Below, piece by piece: positions 19,352 to 32,300 of a DNA stretch of 53,059 nt. The notes below the pieces were generated by a model, which worked only from the letters and a program-made list of their open reading frames with translations, was not told the origin of the DNA and made no database searches. Numbering within the stretch: the first letter of the stretch is position 1; each line of letters starts with the position of its first letter. This DNA comes from a virus (taxonomy: Duplodnaviria > Caudoviricetes): positions 1 through 53,059 of IMG/VR virus record IMGVR_UViG_3300042987_002152. One strand, given 5' to 3'. Made by a program: the position numbers and the translations under genes.

Positions 19352-19519
19352 CTGGGCAACCCCTGATTGATACGATCAAATGATGCCCTTGGAGTTGACA
19401 GTTGTAGGTCATTGCATGAGTTAACCAAGCCCAGCCGGCATCTGCCATGCACAGGGTGGCGGGGTTAATTGCCGCTATCCATCCAAGGGCTCTAGCACCC
19501 TGGCTTTCTGTGGCAGAAT
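19323..19519 (-). mobile_element. IS605-derived mini-element, copy C
   Basis: TTAT|ATTCTGCCACAGAAAGCCAGGG...CCCTTGGATGGATAGCGG left end; ends TAGTTCAC at 19323. Confidence 0.6.
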
Positions 19520-19564
19520 ATAACACTTGATCTTATCTGATTATTCAAAGTAAATAATGGTATA

Positions 19565-19960
19565 ATGGCGATTACAACAAGAACACGGCTATTTGTGGGC
19601 TACAGTAGCGTAGACACAAGTATCAAACAAACTCAATATACAGATTTAGATCTGATTAAACGAGATCTTATCAATCATTTTTATACACGTAAGGGTGAGA
19701 GAGTCATGATGCCTACTTTTGGTAGTATAATATGGGACATGATTTTTGAACCCATGACTCCTGAAAATATTGCTATCATAGTTGATGATAGTACCCAAAT
19801 TGTAGCACAAGACACAAGGATACAATTGCAAAGTATAAATCTGGTTGAATATGATCATGGTTTGCAACTGCAAATGAACATAAGTTATCAACCTCTGAAC
19901 ATCGTGGAATCTTTTAGTTTAGATTTCGACCGTAGAACTATGGAAATCAACACACAATGA
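19565..19960 (+). CDS. baseplate wedge subunit gp25-like
   Basis: TRKGERVMMPTFGSIIWDMIFEP; TAAATA at 19551-19556. Confidence 0.9.
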   Translation: MAITTRTRLFVGYSSVDTSIKQTQYTDLDLIKRDLINHFYTRKGERVMMPTFGSIIWDMIFEPMTPENIAIIVDDSTQIVAQDTRIQLQSINLVEYDHGLQLQMNISYQPLNIVESFSLDFDRRTMEINTQ

Positions 19961-22900
19961 GTCAAACAGTACGCCAAAACAATCTTTTTGTAGCTCAAGA
20001 CTGGACTGTGATTTATCAGGCCATGAGCCAAGTGAATTTTAATAGTTACGATTATGATACAATCAGACAAAGTTTGATTGAATATATCAGAACCAACTAT
20101 CCTGAAGATTTCAACGATTGGATCAGCAGCAGCGAATTTGTGGCTATCATTGAAATGCTGGCTTATTTGGGTGCTAACCTTGCTTTTAGGGTGGACTTGA
20201 ACACACGAGAGAATTTCCTGTCTACTGCCACCCGTAGGGAAAGTCTCCTGAGACTGGCCAGATTTCTCAGTTACAATCCCCGGAGATGTTTGGCAGCACA
20301 AGGGTTACTCAAACTCACTCAGATTAAAACCACACAAACCATTTATGACAGCAACGGTGTCAATTTGCAAAATCTAACTGTAAATTGGAATGACACTGGC
20401 AATCCTGATTGGTTAGAGCAATTTATTCTAATTTTGAATGCAGCTTTTCAACCCAGCAATCCTTTTGGTCAACCAGTCAAGAGTGGCACAGTAGGCAGTG
20501 TGGCTACAGAAAGATATGATTTTAACAATACTGACACCAACAATCTAAGTTACAAATTCAACTCAACTGTCAACGGTACATCCATGGACATGGAATTTGT
20601 CAACAGTGATTTTGTTGCTGGCACAAGCACTGGTAGCACTCTCTCCAGCAATGGATATTATATGGAAAAAATTCCAAATATATTCAACAGTTGGAGCCTG
20701 TTGTACCGTAGAGACGGTAATGGCAATGCCAGTGTTAACACAGGCTTTTTTACAGTGTTCAAACAAGGAACCTTGGACTACAGTGATTATAATTTGGGTA
20801 CTCCTGTGCCCAATAGAGTTATTGATGTGGGTGCTCTCAACATCAACCAAAATGATGTGTGGGTGCAAACAGTGTCTGATGCAGGTCTACCTCTGCTGGA
20901 TTGGACCAAAGTACCGGCTATTGTCAACAGCAATTTGGTCTACAACAATGTGGAACGATTGACTAGAGACATTTATCAAGTTGTAACTAGAGACAGCAAC
21001 GGTAGTGACAGTATCAGCATTAGATTTGGTGATGGTAATTTTGGAAATGTGCCAGTGGGTCGTGTGAGAGTGTACTATCGAACCAGCAACAATCTCACGT
21101 ATGTGATCCAACCCCAGGATATGAATGCTATTACGCTGAGCCTGAGTTATCAAAGCGAGTTGGACACTCTGCAAACACTCACCATGCAATTTAGTTTGCA
21201 ATATCCTGTAGCCAACAGCCTGGCGAGGGAAAGTGATGATAGTATTAGGCTTAGGGCACCAGCAGTTTATTATACACAAAACCGTATGGTAAATGGGGAA
21301 GACTATAATGTATTCCCCTTGCAAAACAGTCAAGTGCTCAAGCTCAAAAGTGTCAATCGTGTTTATAGCGGTCAAAGCCGATTTTTGGATATAACTGATC
21401 CCACTAGTAAATACAGTCGCACACAAGTTTTCAGTGATGATGGTATATTATACAAACAAATTGTCAATACCAGTCAACAAATTCCTTTGATCAACAATCT
21501 CAACACCAACCAAATTATCGAAAGCATTATACAACCTTTGTTGCATGGGGGCACGGATATACAAAATGTCAACATTGCATTGCGTGATTTTTACCTCAGT
21601 TACTATACCTGGTTGCCAGGGGGTGGAATTTTTTGGCGTCCATCAGGTTCTAGTTTGCCCAATGCCAGTCAAGGACTGTTCTATGCACAAAGCAACAATA
21701 CTCCCACAGGTGAAGGTACCGCAGTGTATTTGCCTAATTTGGAACGTGGTCTTACCACAGGCAGCTTGGTTCAGTTCACGGAAGGTGGTTGGGCTAGTGT
21801 GGTCAACCAGGGCAGCAGCGAATTGGGCATTTATGCAACCATAATCAGCAAACCCATTGGCGAATATCTCTTGGGCAGCAGTACACAACGTAACGTGGCA
21901 CTGCAAATTATACCTCCTCTGAGAGTGAGTCTCAGCACATCAGAAAAAGACGACATCAGCAATGCATTGCAATCCAAAAGGAATTTTGGTTTGAGATACA
22001 ACATACAAACTTTGACTTGGCAAGTGATTGACAGTCAAGATTTGGCTATAAATGCCCCATTTAACCTTGCCAATACAGGTAATACTAGTAAATCTAATGT
22101 GGATGCCAGTTGGCTGGTGCAGTTCTTGTATCAAGCCAACAGTGGGTGGCAAATAACCATGCGGGGTCTGCACTATATGTTTGAGAGTGTAAGAGAAGTG
22201 CAGTTCTATTTTCTCAACAATCATCCAGTTGTAGATAATGTAACTCTTACGAGTGCAAGAGACAACATACGCATTCTCAAATACAACACAGGCAGCAACA
22301 ACCAGCAGCTGACCACAGATCAATATTGGGCATTACACAATATCAGCACCAGTATAGATGGACAAATAGATCCACGTATTGTGCGAGTAGTATTTTGGGA
22401 CAGCAATAACGATAACATAATAGACAATCCTCTTGTTTTTGAAGATTTGGTGCCCCCTAATAGTTTGGTGTTTTGGAAAAGCTCTGTGGCTGAGGGTTCA
22501 CAAATCTGGCAACCAATTCCAGGAGTGGATTATATTGTGACCTTTTTGGCTGATCTTTCCACCACAGTTCCTGTTCCCAGTGTGGGTAACATAGCGTATG
22601 TTACAAATCCTGGTGTGTTCTTGGAATGCGTAAGTATAAATCCTCTCAGTTGGAAGGATGTAAGCACCAATTACAAAGCCCTAGTAGGCAAATCCCACAT
22701 CAATTATTGCTGGCAACACTATGCCAACAGCCAAAAGCGTATTGATCCTGCTATTATGAATGTGATTGATGCGTATGTGCTCACAAACAACTATAATACT
22801 GCATTACGCAATTGGATCAGCAAATCACGGCCAACTGACACACAACCACAACCCCCCACACCAGAGGATTTGCGCACATTATTCCAAGAGTTTGACAGTT

Positions 22901-23316
22901 ACAAAATGATGACTGATCAAATCATTTGGCATCCTGTACGTTATAAGTTGCTGTTTGGCAATCTAGCTGATCCACAACTACAAGCAATTTTCAAAATTGT
23001 TAGAATATCAGGCAGCACAATAACTGACAGGGAATTGAAAGCCAGAGTAATACAAGCAGTGGATACTTTTTTTGACATTGCCAATTGGGACTTTGGACAA
23101 AGTTTTTATTTTACAGAATTGGCTGCATATGTGCATCAACAAATGGCCAACCTGCTCAGCAGTGTTGTGATTGTACCCACCAGCAGCAATAGCCAATTTG
23201 GGGACCTTTTTGAAATCAAATGTGAACCTGACCAACTTTTCATCAGTGCTGCCAGAGTTACTGATGTACAAGTTGTGCAAAATTTATACCCTTCTGAATT
23301 GAGAATCAATACATGA
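19957..23316 (+). CDS. baseplate wedge subunit gp6-like
   Basis: ENFLSTATRRES, IRFGDGNFG, ESDDSIRLRAP and QNRMVNGEDY motifs. Confidence 0.9.
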   Translation: MSQTVRQNNLFVAQDWTVIYQAMSQVNFNSYDYDTIRQSLIEYIRTNYPEDFNDWISSSEFVAIIEMLAYLGANLAFRVDLNTRENFLSTATRRESLLRLARFLSYNPRRCLAAQGLLKLTQIKTTQTIYDSNGVNLQNLTVNWNDTGNPDWLEQFILILNAAFQPSNPFGQPVKSGTVGSVATERYDFNNTDTNNLSYKFNSTVNGTSMDMEFVNSDFVAGTSTGSTLSSNGYYMEKIPNIFNSWSLLYRRDGNGNASVNTGFFTVFKQGTLDYSDYNLGTPVPNRVIDVGALNINQNDVWVQTVSDAGLPLLDWTKVPAIVNSNLVYNNVERLTRDIYQVVTRDSNGSDSISIRFGDGNFGNVPVGRVRVYYRTSNNLTYVIQPQDMNAITLSLSYQSELDTLQTLTMQFSLQYPVANSLARESDDSIRLRAPAVYYTQNRMVNGEDYNVFPLQNSQVLKLKSVNRVYSGQSRFLDITDPTSKYSRTQVFSDDGILYKQIVNTSQQIPLINNLNTNQIIESIIQPLLHGGTDIQNVNIALRDFYLSYYTWLPGGGIFWRPSGSSLPNASQGLFYAQSNNTPTGEGTAVYLPNLERGLTTGSLVQFTEGGWASVVNQGSSELGIYATIISKPIGEYLLGSSTQRNVALQIIPPLRVSLSTSEKDDISNALQSKRNFGLRYNIQTLTWQVIDSQDLAINAPFNLANTGNTSKSNVDASWLVQFLYQANSGWQITMRGLHYMFESVREVQFYFLNNHPVVDNVTLTSARDNIRILKYNTGSNNQQLTTDQYWALHNISTSIDGQIDPRIVRVVFWDSNNDNIIDNPLVFEDLVPPNSLVFWKSSVAEGSQIWQPIPGVDYIVTFLADLSTTVPVPSVGNIAYVTNPGVFLECVSINPLSWKDVSTNYKALVGKSHINYCWQHYANSQKRIDPAIMNVIDAYVLTNNYNTALRNWISKSRPTDTQPQPPTPEDLRTLFQEFDSYKMMTDQIIWHPVRYKLLFGNLADPQLQAIFKIVRISGSTITDRELKARVIQAVDTFFDIANWDFGQSFYFTELAAYVHQQMANLLSSVVIVPTSSNSQFGDLFEIKCEPDQLFISAARVTDVQVVQNLYPSELRINT

Positions 23317-26300
23317 CACAAAAACCACGTCGCATAAGTGAATTTTTACCTGAAGTGTTGCAAACTGACCTGTTACAGAAGTTTTTTGCAGCCACTGGGG
23401 ACCAACTTTTTCAACCAAGTAATGTGGAATATCTAAGTGCCTTTGTGGGGGAAAAACCTCCCTATTATAAACCCACAAGTGAACAGTATGTGGCTGAAAT
23501 CAACAAAAATAGGCGAGATTATCAACTGAGCCCCACAGCTGTGAGCAGAGATATTATCAGCAACGAAGTCACCCACACATTGTTTTATGACGATCTCATC
23601 AACAAATTGCGATTTCAAGGTGGGCTTGTTGATGATCATAATAGATTGTTTGAAAACGAATACTACAGTTGGGGAGCGCCTCTCAATTGGGACAAATTTG
23701 TCAATTATTCCAACTATGTGTGGTTACCACAAGGACCCACAACCATTGAATTGCTGAGTCCTACCAATGCACAAGTGGACGTAATATCAAATATATCCTA
23801 TGCTTATGTGGGCAATTACAGTTATCCTGATCCCCAAGACCCTGAACTCTTGGTAATCAAAAGTGCCACAGTCAACAATCCGTTGGTTTTTGTAAATGGT
23901 ATGAAAATCAAATTTCTAGTGGATGCAGACGTGCAATCAAGATCCATAAGTTGGATTGTGGAAGGGGTAGGCACTAGCATAAGATTGGTCAGTGACAACA
24001 TACTCACATATTTGGCCTGGGAAAATCCTGTTGATTATGATACAACACCTTGGGATAGTAATAGTTTGCAAGACTCTCCCACCTATGTGGTCATGGGAAG
24101 AGGCAGTGCTAATGCTAATCCTTGGAGCCTACAAAATCGGTGGTTTCACAAAAGAGTGCTGGAACTAACCCAAACTGCATTGCCTGACAGTGTTTCCAGC
24201 AGTGCACAACGGCCTATTTTGGAATTTGATTATGATCTCAAGCTTTTTAATTTTGGCACTAGACACAGAGGATTTATAACCCTTTTGGATACTCAAAGCC
24301 AATTTTTAGATCAAATAAATGGCCAATGGGTAACTACCATTGACAATTCCAATGGTAACAGAACGTATTTGCAAATTGATCAATTGACTTTGGATGACGA
24401 TCAGATCATTTTGTTTACAAATCTTAGAAATCCAGAACGAAACAACAAACTCTATCGTGTGACCAATGTAAGGAACAGCAGTAGTATATCAGGAGCACAA
24501 ACAAAATTAGGCCAAGTTGTATTGGAGTTGTTGCCCAATCAGATAGACCCACTGGGTGATCCTCAACCAGGTGACGCAGTGACCATCATGCAAGGAGGCA
24601 CGTGGCAAAACACCTGTTGGTGGTATAATCCAGTCACAAGATCTTGGCAGCAGGCACAAAACAGAACATTACCCACAAATGTGGATCCCACTAGTAGTGC
24701 ATATAAATCAGCACTCAACAGCAGCCCATTGTTTGATCTATTCAATACAAGACAAGAATACCTAGCCAATCCTGCTGTGTATCCAGCAAACAATTTTGCA
24801 GGCTGCACTATTTTTGAATATGCTCGCAGCAGTCAAGGTGTTATAGATCCTGTGTTGGGATTTATTCCTGTTGTGGAAAATGCAGGAGCTAGGAACTTTG
24901 TATTCAACAATACACTGTGCAGCCAACAGTGGATATACAAAAACAACAATGCACTTGAGACTGTTCCTGGATTGAAATTTTATCAACACCAGTCTGATCA
25001 CAATGTTTCATATGGTAACAATTGGTTTGTCAGCAGTCAACCCAGTCGTCAGTATGTGGTTAATGAATTTGTAAGTAAACTGGACCAGCAAACATTTGTG
25101 ATTGATCAAGCACCAGCATTGCAAGAGAGTGCTCATGATCCACAACTTTTGACAAATGCTGTGGGAGGCGCAATGCCTATCACAGTCAGCGTGGGCACAA
25201 AAACTCTTGTACTCAATCAAGACTACACAGTTCAAGGCAATGCTGTATTTTTGTTTGAGCCTCTCCTAGCTGATCAATTTGTTAGGATTCGTAGTTTTGC
25301 TGTACCAAACAACCAAGCCACAAATGGATACTTTGAAATACCCAGCAATTTGGCGGCCAACCCCAACAATCAAGCCATACTCAATATTAGTTTTGGCAAT
25401 CTATTACCACATTTGCAAACTATCATAGATAATCAACAAAATTTGTCTGTTTTTGCAGATGTGTCTGTCACAACAAATTATGATAATCTAGCACAAGATC
25501 AAAGTTTGGGCACAGTGATTATACAAAGTCGTGCTCCCATGCTCAAGCTCATGGGCATGAATGCCATTGAGCAAACAACAGTGTTTGATACTACCAGCAG
25601 TGTTTTGGATCCCATCACAGCCATTCAGTGGGCACAGGCAGAATATTTGCGGTTTTACAACAAATTTGTAAACACGTTGATGTACCTTTATAACAATCAA
25701 GGCAACCTAAAAGATCAAACAGCAGGTGGTTGGCTAGATCAAGCATTGGCCATAATAAATGTGGGCAAAACACGCTCCAGCTCTTGGGCCAACAGTGGCT
25801 TTGATATCCAAGCTGGCAGTTATTGCTCACAAAAGAGTCAGACTCCCACTTGGATTCCAGCCAGTGCAACTAGATTGGGATTAACCCCTGCTTGGGAACC
25901 CCTGGTATTTTTTGATACTAGCCAGCCCAACATGCCTTTGAGCATGAGAACACACAATGGTGCACTAGTAGTTCTCAAAGATTACAACAATGAAAATTTG
26001 GGTACCATACTCAACAACCAACAACAAACTAATATACCCGATGCTTTAAGTAATCCAGTAGCACAAGCATGGCTGCTGTTTGAAAAGTTGTTGTATGATA
26101 ATTTGCCAGCATCTTACAAAAACAAGGAAAGACAACTGCCTGTGGATCCGCGCACTATCTTTAGTGGGAAATACCGGCAAACCAATTACAGCCGCACAGA
26201 TCAATTAAAAATACAAAGTGCACAATGGCAATCTTGGTTGACGTTAAATCAAGTGGAGGCGTTCAAAAATACTACTTTTGATGTGACTGATCCCTTTACT

Positions 26301-29300
26301 TGGAACTATAGCAGTTGTGTGGACAAGCAGCAGCAACCAGTACCAGGACATTGGCGCGGGATTTATTTTTGGTTTTTTGATACTGATCAACCCCATCTGG
26401 CACCCTGGGAAATGTTGGGATTCAGTCAACAGCCCATGTGGTGGACACAAGAATATGGTGCAGCACCTTATACAAGTGGCAACCTTCGTATGTGGAGAGA
26501 TCTTGAACAAGGAATCATACTACACGGACCCAGAGCTGGTGTACACACTGTGTGGGCCAGACCAGGGTTGTTGGATAATATTCCTGTAGATACTAGCGGT
26601 AATTTGTTGCCTCCATTTTTGGCTGGAGTAGTCACCAGTCTGCCCACTACAGTTCTGGCAAGTGCGGATTGGAAATTTGGAGATCGTAGCCCATTGGAGA
26701 ATGTTTGGTTAACCCAAGTAACTTGTGATACTTTATGGGCGCAATGGACATATCTTGCCAAACCAGCACAATTCATGGAATATAATTGGGATGGAACAAG
26801 ACAGGAACAAATCCTTGCACAACAACCAGGATCGCAGTGGATCTACACTGACATATTGGACAGAAAAAGCAGCAGTGAATTTTTGGTTCATAGAGAAAAT
26901 CCACAAGATGTTGTCAGTTTACCCAACCCCTTGGACTTGGATTATTATGGTAGTTGTGGCATCCAGCATTGGATTAGTGAATATCTCATAAATGACAGCA
27001 AAGATGTTACTGTGTATTTTGGCAATATAATAAGAGGTATGAATGTAAATCTAGCCTATCGTTTGGGCGGGTTTACTGACAGCCAAAGTACTCGCATTTT
27101 TGTGGAGAGTTTTGGTATCAACAACAATAATAGCCTGTTGATTCCGCAAGAAGATGTGAGTACTGAATTGTTGCGCAGTGCCAGCACAGGTGAATATGTT
27201 TACACTGGTGTAATAGTGGAATTTCAAGGTATTGGTGTGGGTTGGAGAGTGATTGGTTATGACCAACTAAATCCATTTTTCAAAATAGTAGCAAGTGACA
27301 CCAAAGGTCCCAAAAACACTGTTGTGATTGATAATCAGCGAGTTTTTGAATACAGTAGGGGATTGGCACATACACAATTGGTAAGGTATGGTACAGTATT
27401 TGCCACACGACAGGAAGTTTATGATTTCCTCATAAGCTTGGGTAGAGCACAACAGATGGATGGTTGGTTGTTTGATCAATACGACGATGTAGCGGGTAGA
27501 CCTCGTAATTGGAGTTTGAGTGCTAGAGAATTTTTGTTTTGGAGTCAAGGACCTTGGGCAAGTGGCACATACATAGCTCTCAGTCCATTGGCTACATTAG
27601 CCAAATTTGAAAAAGATTATGGCGTAATACAAAATGTGGGCGGATTGGTTAATGGCGCATATAGTATACAAGATCGTAGCGGTGTTGCTATTCAACTACA
27701 AGACGTTGATTTTTTGCGTATTGACAATAAGATCAGTGTCCGGCCACTCAACAGTCAAGGTATTTTTGGATTAAGGTTGTATACTACAACCTTAGAACAT
27801 GCTTTGATAGTGGCTAACAGAACAATTTTCAATGACCTTATGTATGATCCTGTGTTGAACCAAAGACAATATCGTGTGAAATTTTATGGATATCGCACGT
27901 TGGATTGGAATGGAAGAATGAATGCTCCTGGGTATTTGGTCACACAAAGTTTACAGCAGATCAACAACACTGTTAATGTGATCAACAGAATCATACCCAA
28001 TTTTGAAAAAAGTGTAGAAGATTTGCGTAAACTTTTCGAAATAGATTTGGCTACCCCCTATCAGTTGGCAGACAATAATCAAACACTTACTAGCACAATC
28101 ACACAAAGCCTTCCCATCAATTTAAGTGTCATGGCCAAAAATGTAGTAGGTTATACACCTAGATCCTATCTCACACAGTTGTTGACTGATCAAAATATTG
28201 CTTTTCAGTTTTATCAGGGCATGATCAAACAAAAGGGTACTAGACCCAGCATAGACAAATTGTTACGCAATAATCAAATATTAGCCAGTGATCAAAACTT
28301 CGAATATTATGAAGAATGGGCATTTAGGTCAGCGGTTTATGGAAACAATTTGGACAATAGTAGTATAAGCATACTTCTAGACAATACATTAGTCAACAGC
28401 AATCCTCAATTGTTTATGATATCTGGACCTGGCACAAGCGATCTACCCAATGATGATGTATATACTATCTTGACAAATGGCAACAATGTTGTGCAAAAGA
28501 GCAACAAATTGGGTAATTTCAAATTACGTAATTATTATGGTTCAAACAGCAATGACCTACCCACTGCTGGATATGTGTTGTTGGACGAGACAACCTATAC
28601 TGTTGTGTCAGATCAAGACTTGCAGAACTTGTATTCAGAAACTACAAGTAAATGGATCAACAATCAAATAAGCAGGAATATTCAAGCAGGTGACACTGTA
28701 TGGCAGTTGATCAACAGTCAAACCACATGGAATGTTTATAAAATTTGTCAACCCACATGGAGTATTAGTGCAACCACTCCCAGTGATATTGATATATCTA
28801 TCACACAAGTGTCCACAACCAGTGCTCACAATCTTGTGTCTGGGGATCGAGTAATTTTGTATGGTGTTATCAATGCAGGCACAGTAATTGACAATACTTT
28901 TGTAGTAAATGTGATTGATCAACTGACCTTTGAAATCCAATTGACTACATCCAACATTGGTAGTGGAGGCACAGCCCTTGTATATCAAAGTATAAGATTT
29001 GCCAACACACAACAACGGGATGATGCATTGATTGCTGGAGGTTGGCAAACCAAGGACCTTGCTTATGTGGATGGTACCAGCCTGGATCCTTGGAAAGTAT
29101 ATTCATACACGGGTACAAATTGGCGTGTGCTGCGAGAAGAAAACTACAAAGTGGATCCCGAATATGTGGAAGCCAGCTTTTTGTATGACATTGTCACTGG
29201 TGTTACACAAACGCAATGTGTGTTGCTGGATCCAGTCAAAAATAAATTGCCAGGAATTTTTGATCAACAAATTGGTTTTCGCACACCTTATGATCCTGCT

Positions 29301-32300
29301 CAATACACACATGATCCCAGTCAAACAGTGGGTACCAATGCCCTGGATGCTTGGGGTAACGATCAAGTGGGTATGGTTTGGTGGGATCTGAGTAAATTAC
29401 GATTTGTGGATTATGAAATCCATACTGCAAGTTATAGACGACAAAATTGGGGCAAGGTGGCACCAGGAACCAGTGTTGATATTTACGAATGGACCAGAAG
29501 CACTGTGCCTCCGCAAGATTGGCAAGATCTAGTCAAAAGTGGCAAGGATTTGAGTGCCATTGGTACCACACAAATGCCCAGTGGTCAGGCCAAAGATCCT
29601 CAAGGTGCTTATGTGTTGGCGCAGCAGTTGAATAGTTTGAATCAGTTGCAAGATGTATTTTATTTTTGGGTAAAGAATACAACAACTGTTCCTGATGTCA
29701 GTTGGCGTACATTAAGCACCAGTGTGCTGGCAGACATAATACAAAATCCACAAAACACAGGCCAAAGTTGGTGGAGCCCAGCCAGTGCCGATCATGCATT
29801 GTTGGGAAATGTGGGCAATCTGTTGATCAACAATCAGAGTGTTTGGCAATTGAATTGGTTGGCCAATCAACAAACTCCTGTGGTGCACAAAGAGTACCAG
29901 CTTGTTCGACCCATGGACGCTCTCAGCAGTCCCACAAGTCAACTGTGGAATCATTTGAGATACAGTTTGGTAGAATATAATCAGTTCAATGATAGTGTGC
30001 CTTATTTGCGATTGCCTTTGAGTCAAAGATATGGGATTCAAAATCACCCACCACAAACCATTTTTGCAAACACCTTGAGCGCAAGACAGGCATTTGTAGA
30101 ACAAGTGAACACATTGCTAGCCAACAGCTCACAACCCAGTGTGAGTGACCCCAGCAGAGTGGGTTGGCAGCCGTTTTTTGATCTTCAAGAGCCCATACCA
30201 CCACAAAAGATTGTGCTGGCCAGTTGTGTGCGTGGCACTACAGAAAATCTTGATGCGTGGTATACCAATAGCAATGAGGGTATAGGTGCCCAATTAATAG
30301 GCAAGAATACACAGTTGTTGATTGTGGATCAACTGTATGTTCAGGTAGGTGATAGATTGTTGATCAAAAATCAAAAAGAGCCACAGCAGAACGGAATTTA
30401 TACAGTAATTCATCCAGGAACTCTAGTGTATGATGGGGTCTGGCCTACTGGAAATGGCAGAGTGAGTTTCACGGTGGGATCAACAACTTATTTGCCCAGT
30501 CAAGGTCAATACATTTTGAAGCAGAACACATTATATGTTATCACTGATATTGGCTCAGCTACCACAGAATGGCAGAGACAGGAAATTGCTGGCAATGTGC
30601 TCAACGACCCCAAACTCACCAATTGGGTTTTGGAACGAGCAAGTGATTTTGATCATTCCAGCAAACAGATCATAAACACTGAGGTATCAGTGTTATCTGG
30701 CAGTCAGACACACATATACTCTTGCCAACCATCAGGTGTATATGCACAAGATATTCAATTGATTGATGGTGGGCAAGGTTACAACGTGAATGACCTTATT
30801 ACCATTACCCAGGTAACCAGTTATACGCCTGTAAAAATCCTTGTTACTAGTGTTTCCAGCACTGCTATAACGGGGTTTGAAATACTGGACAGAGGAAATA
30901 TTCGAACTGTGAGTGCTGGGCGAATATGTAATACTACCTGGTATCCAGATGCATACAATAGTGGTATAAATGCTAGATTTAGTGTTCTCTGGAGTGGAAA
31001 CAAAGGTTTTGCAGTTGGTACATCAGTCATTAGTTTTCTACCTAAACCAGCGCTTACAACCTGGGATCAACAGGTGGAAAATTTAGCACAATTGCTGGAA
31101 CTCAGAAACAAAGTAGTTCCTGGAACTAGGGTCTTGGTTGCATATACCAATCTAGAAGGCGTGATCAGTGCAGGCAATGATACACAAAACAGATGGACCA
31201 TTTGGTTATGGCCCAATGTGTCAGCGCAAGATTTTGTTTTGATAAGAGTAGAAAGTTATGTGGGTAGTTTGGTGTGGGGATTGCAAGATTGGTATGCTGC
31301 TGGGTATAGTTCACAAACCATTCCTGATTTGGTTTTTGAAACTCTGCAAGATAGAGATCAATACAAGAACTTCTCCAAATTAGATATTGTTAGAGTCAAC
31401 AATACAGGATCTGGTCTCTGGAGCTTGTATTTGTATGTGGCAGTAGACTTCACACCTTGGCTGCTTGTGGGTCAACAAGATGGTACTGTGGTGCTGGAAG
31501 ACACATTGTATGATTACAGCAAATATGGCATGGGATTTGATGGCAGCGGATTCAACCAAGACTATCAAGGTTGGGAATACGACAGTCGTCAAGAATTAGA
31601 TCATATCATACAAGGATTGTGGCCCACAGCGGAAGGCACACAAGGATTATTGTTGATAGACAATCAGACAAATGAAGCCAACACATTGTGGTTTACCATG
31701 CTCAATAGAGTATTTAATGAACAAACTTTTGTGGATTGGGCATTCAAAACCAGTCACATTAATTTACAGGGATTTAGTACTCAGCTGACAGCTAGCCCGT
31801 TTTTCCAGCCAAGTACGTTGGACAACATACTGCAATACGTAAATGAAGTCAAACCCTATCATGTGAAAATTCGGCAATTGGTGGAATGGAAAAAAGCACA
31901 AGACAATTATGATAGTTCAAGCACAGACTTTGACAAACCACCCTATGTTGATCCTGTACAAGGCACAAGAATCTTGAATGTGCAGAGTGCCATTGATCAA
32001 GTTATTTTGCAAAACAATGCAGCTTACAAGAATTGGTACAGCAATTATGTGACCAATCCGCAAGTGGTGAGAACAATCAAAACTCGGTTAGTGTTTGATA
32101 GAGTAAGTTGTCAAGCTGCGGAATGGTACAATCAAGAAATTGATCCAGTAGAGCTGTATGCCTTTTTAAATCAGCCCACTGATCAATTCATCACTAGTTT
32201 GCGTGAATGGCTTGCAGTATTGTATGATACACAAATTATTGTGGGTTACAAGGTACAAGTGAAAATATTCAGTGAGATTATCATCCGTAGAAACAATCAA

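Noticed and set aside
19290-19526. 78-aa minus-strand ORF
   Set aside because: Lies almost entirely over element C; no RBS or protein motifs.
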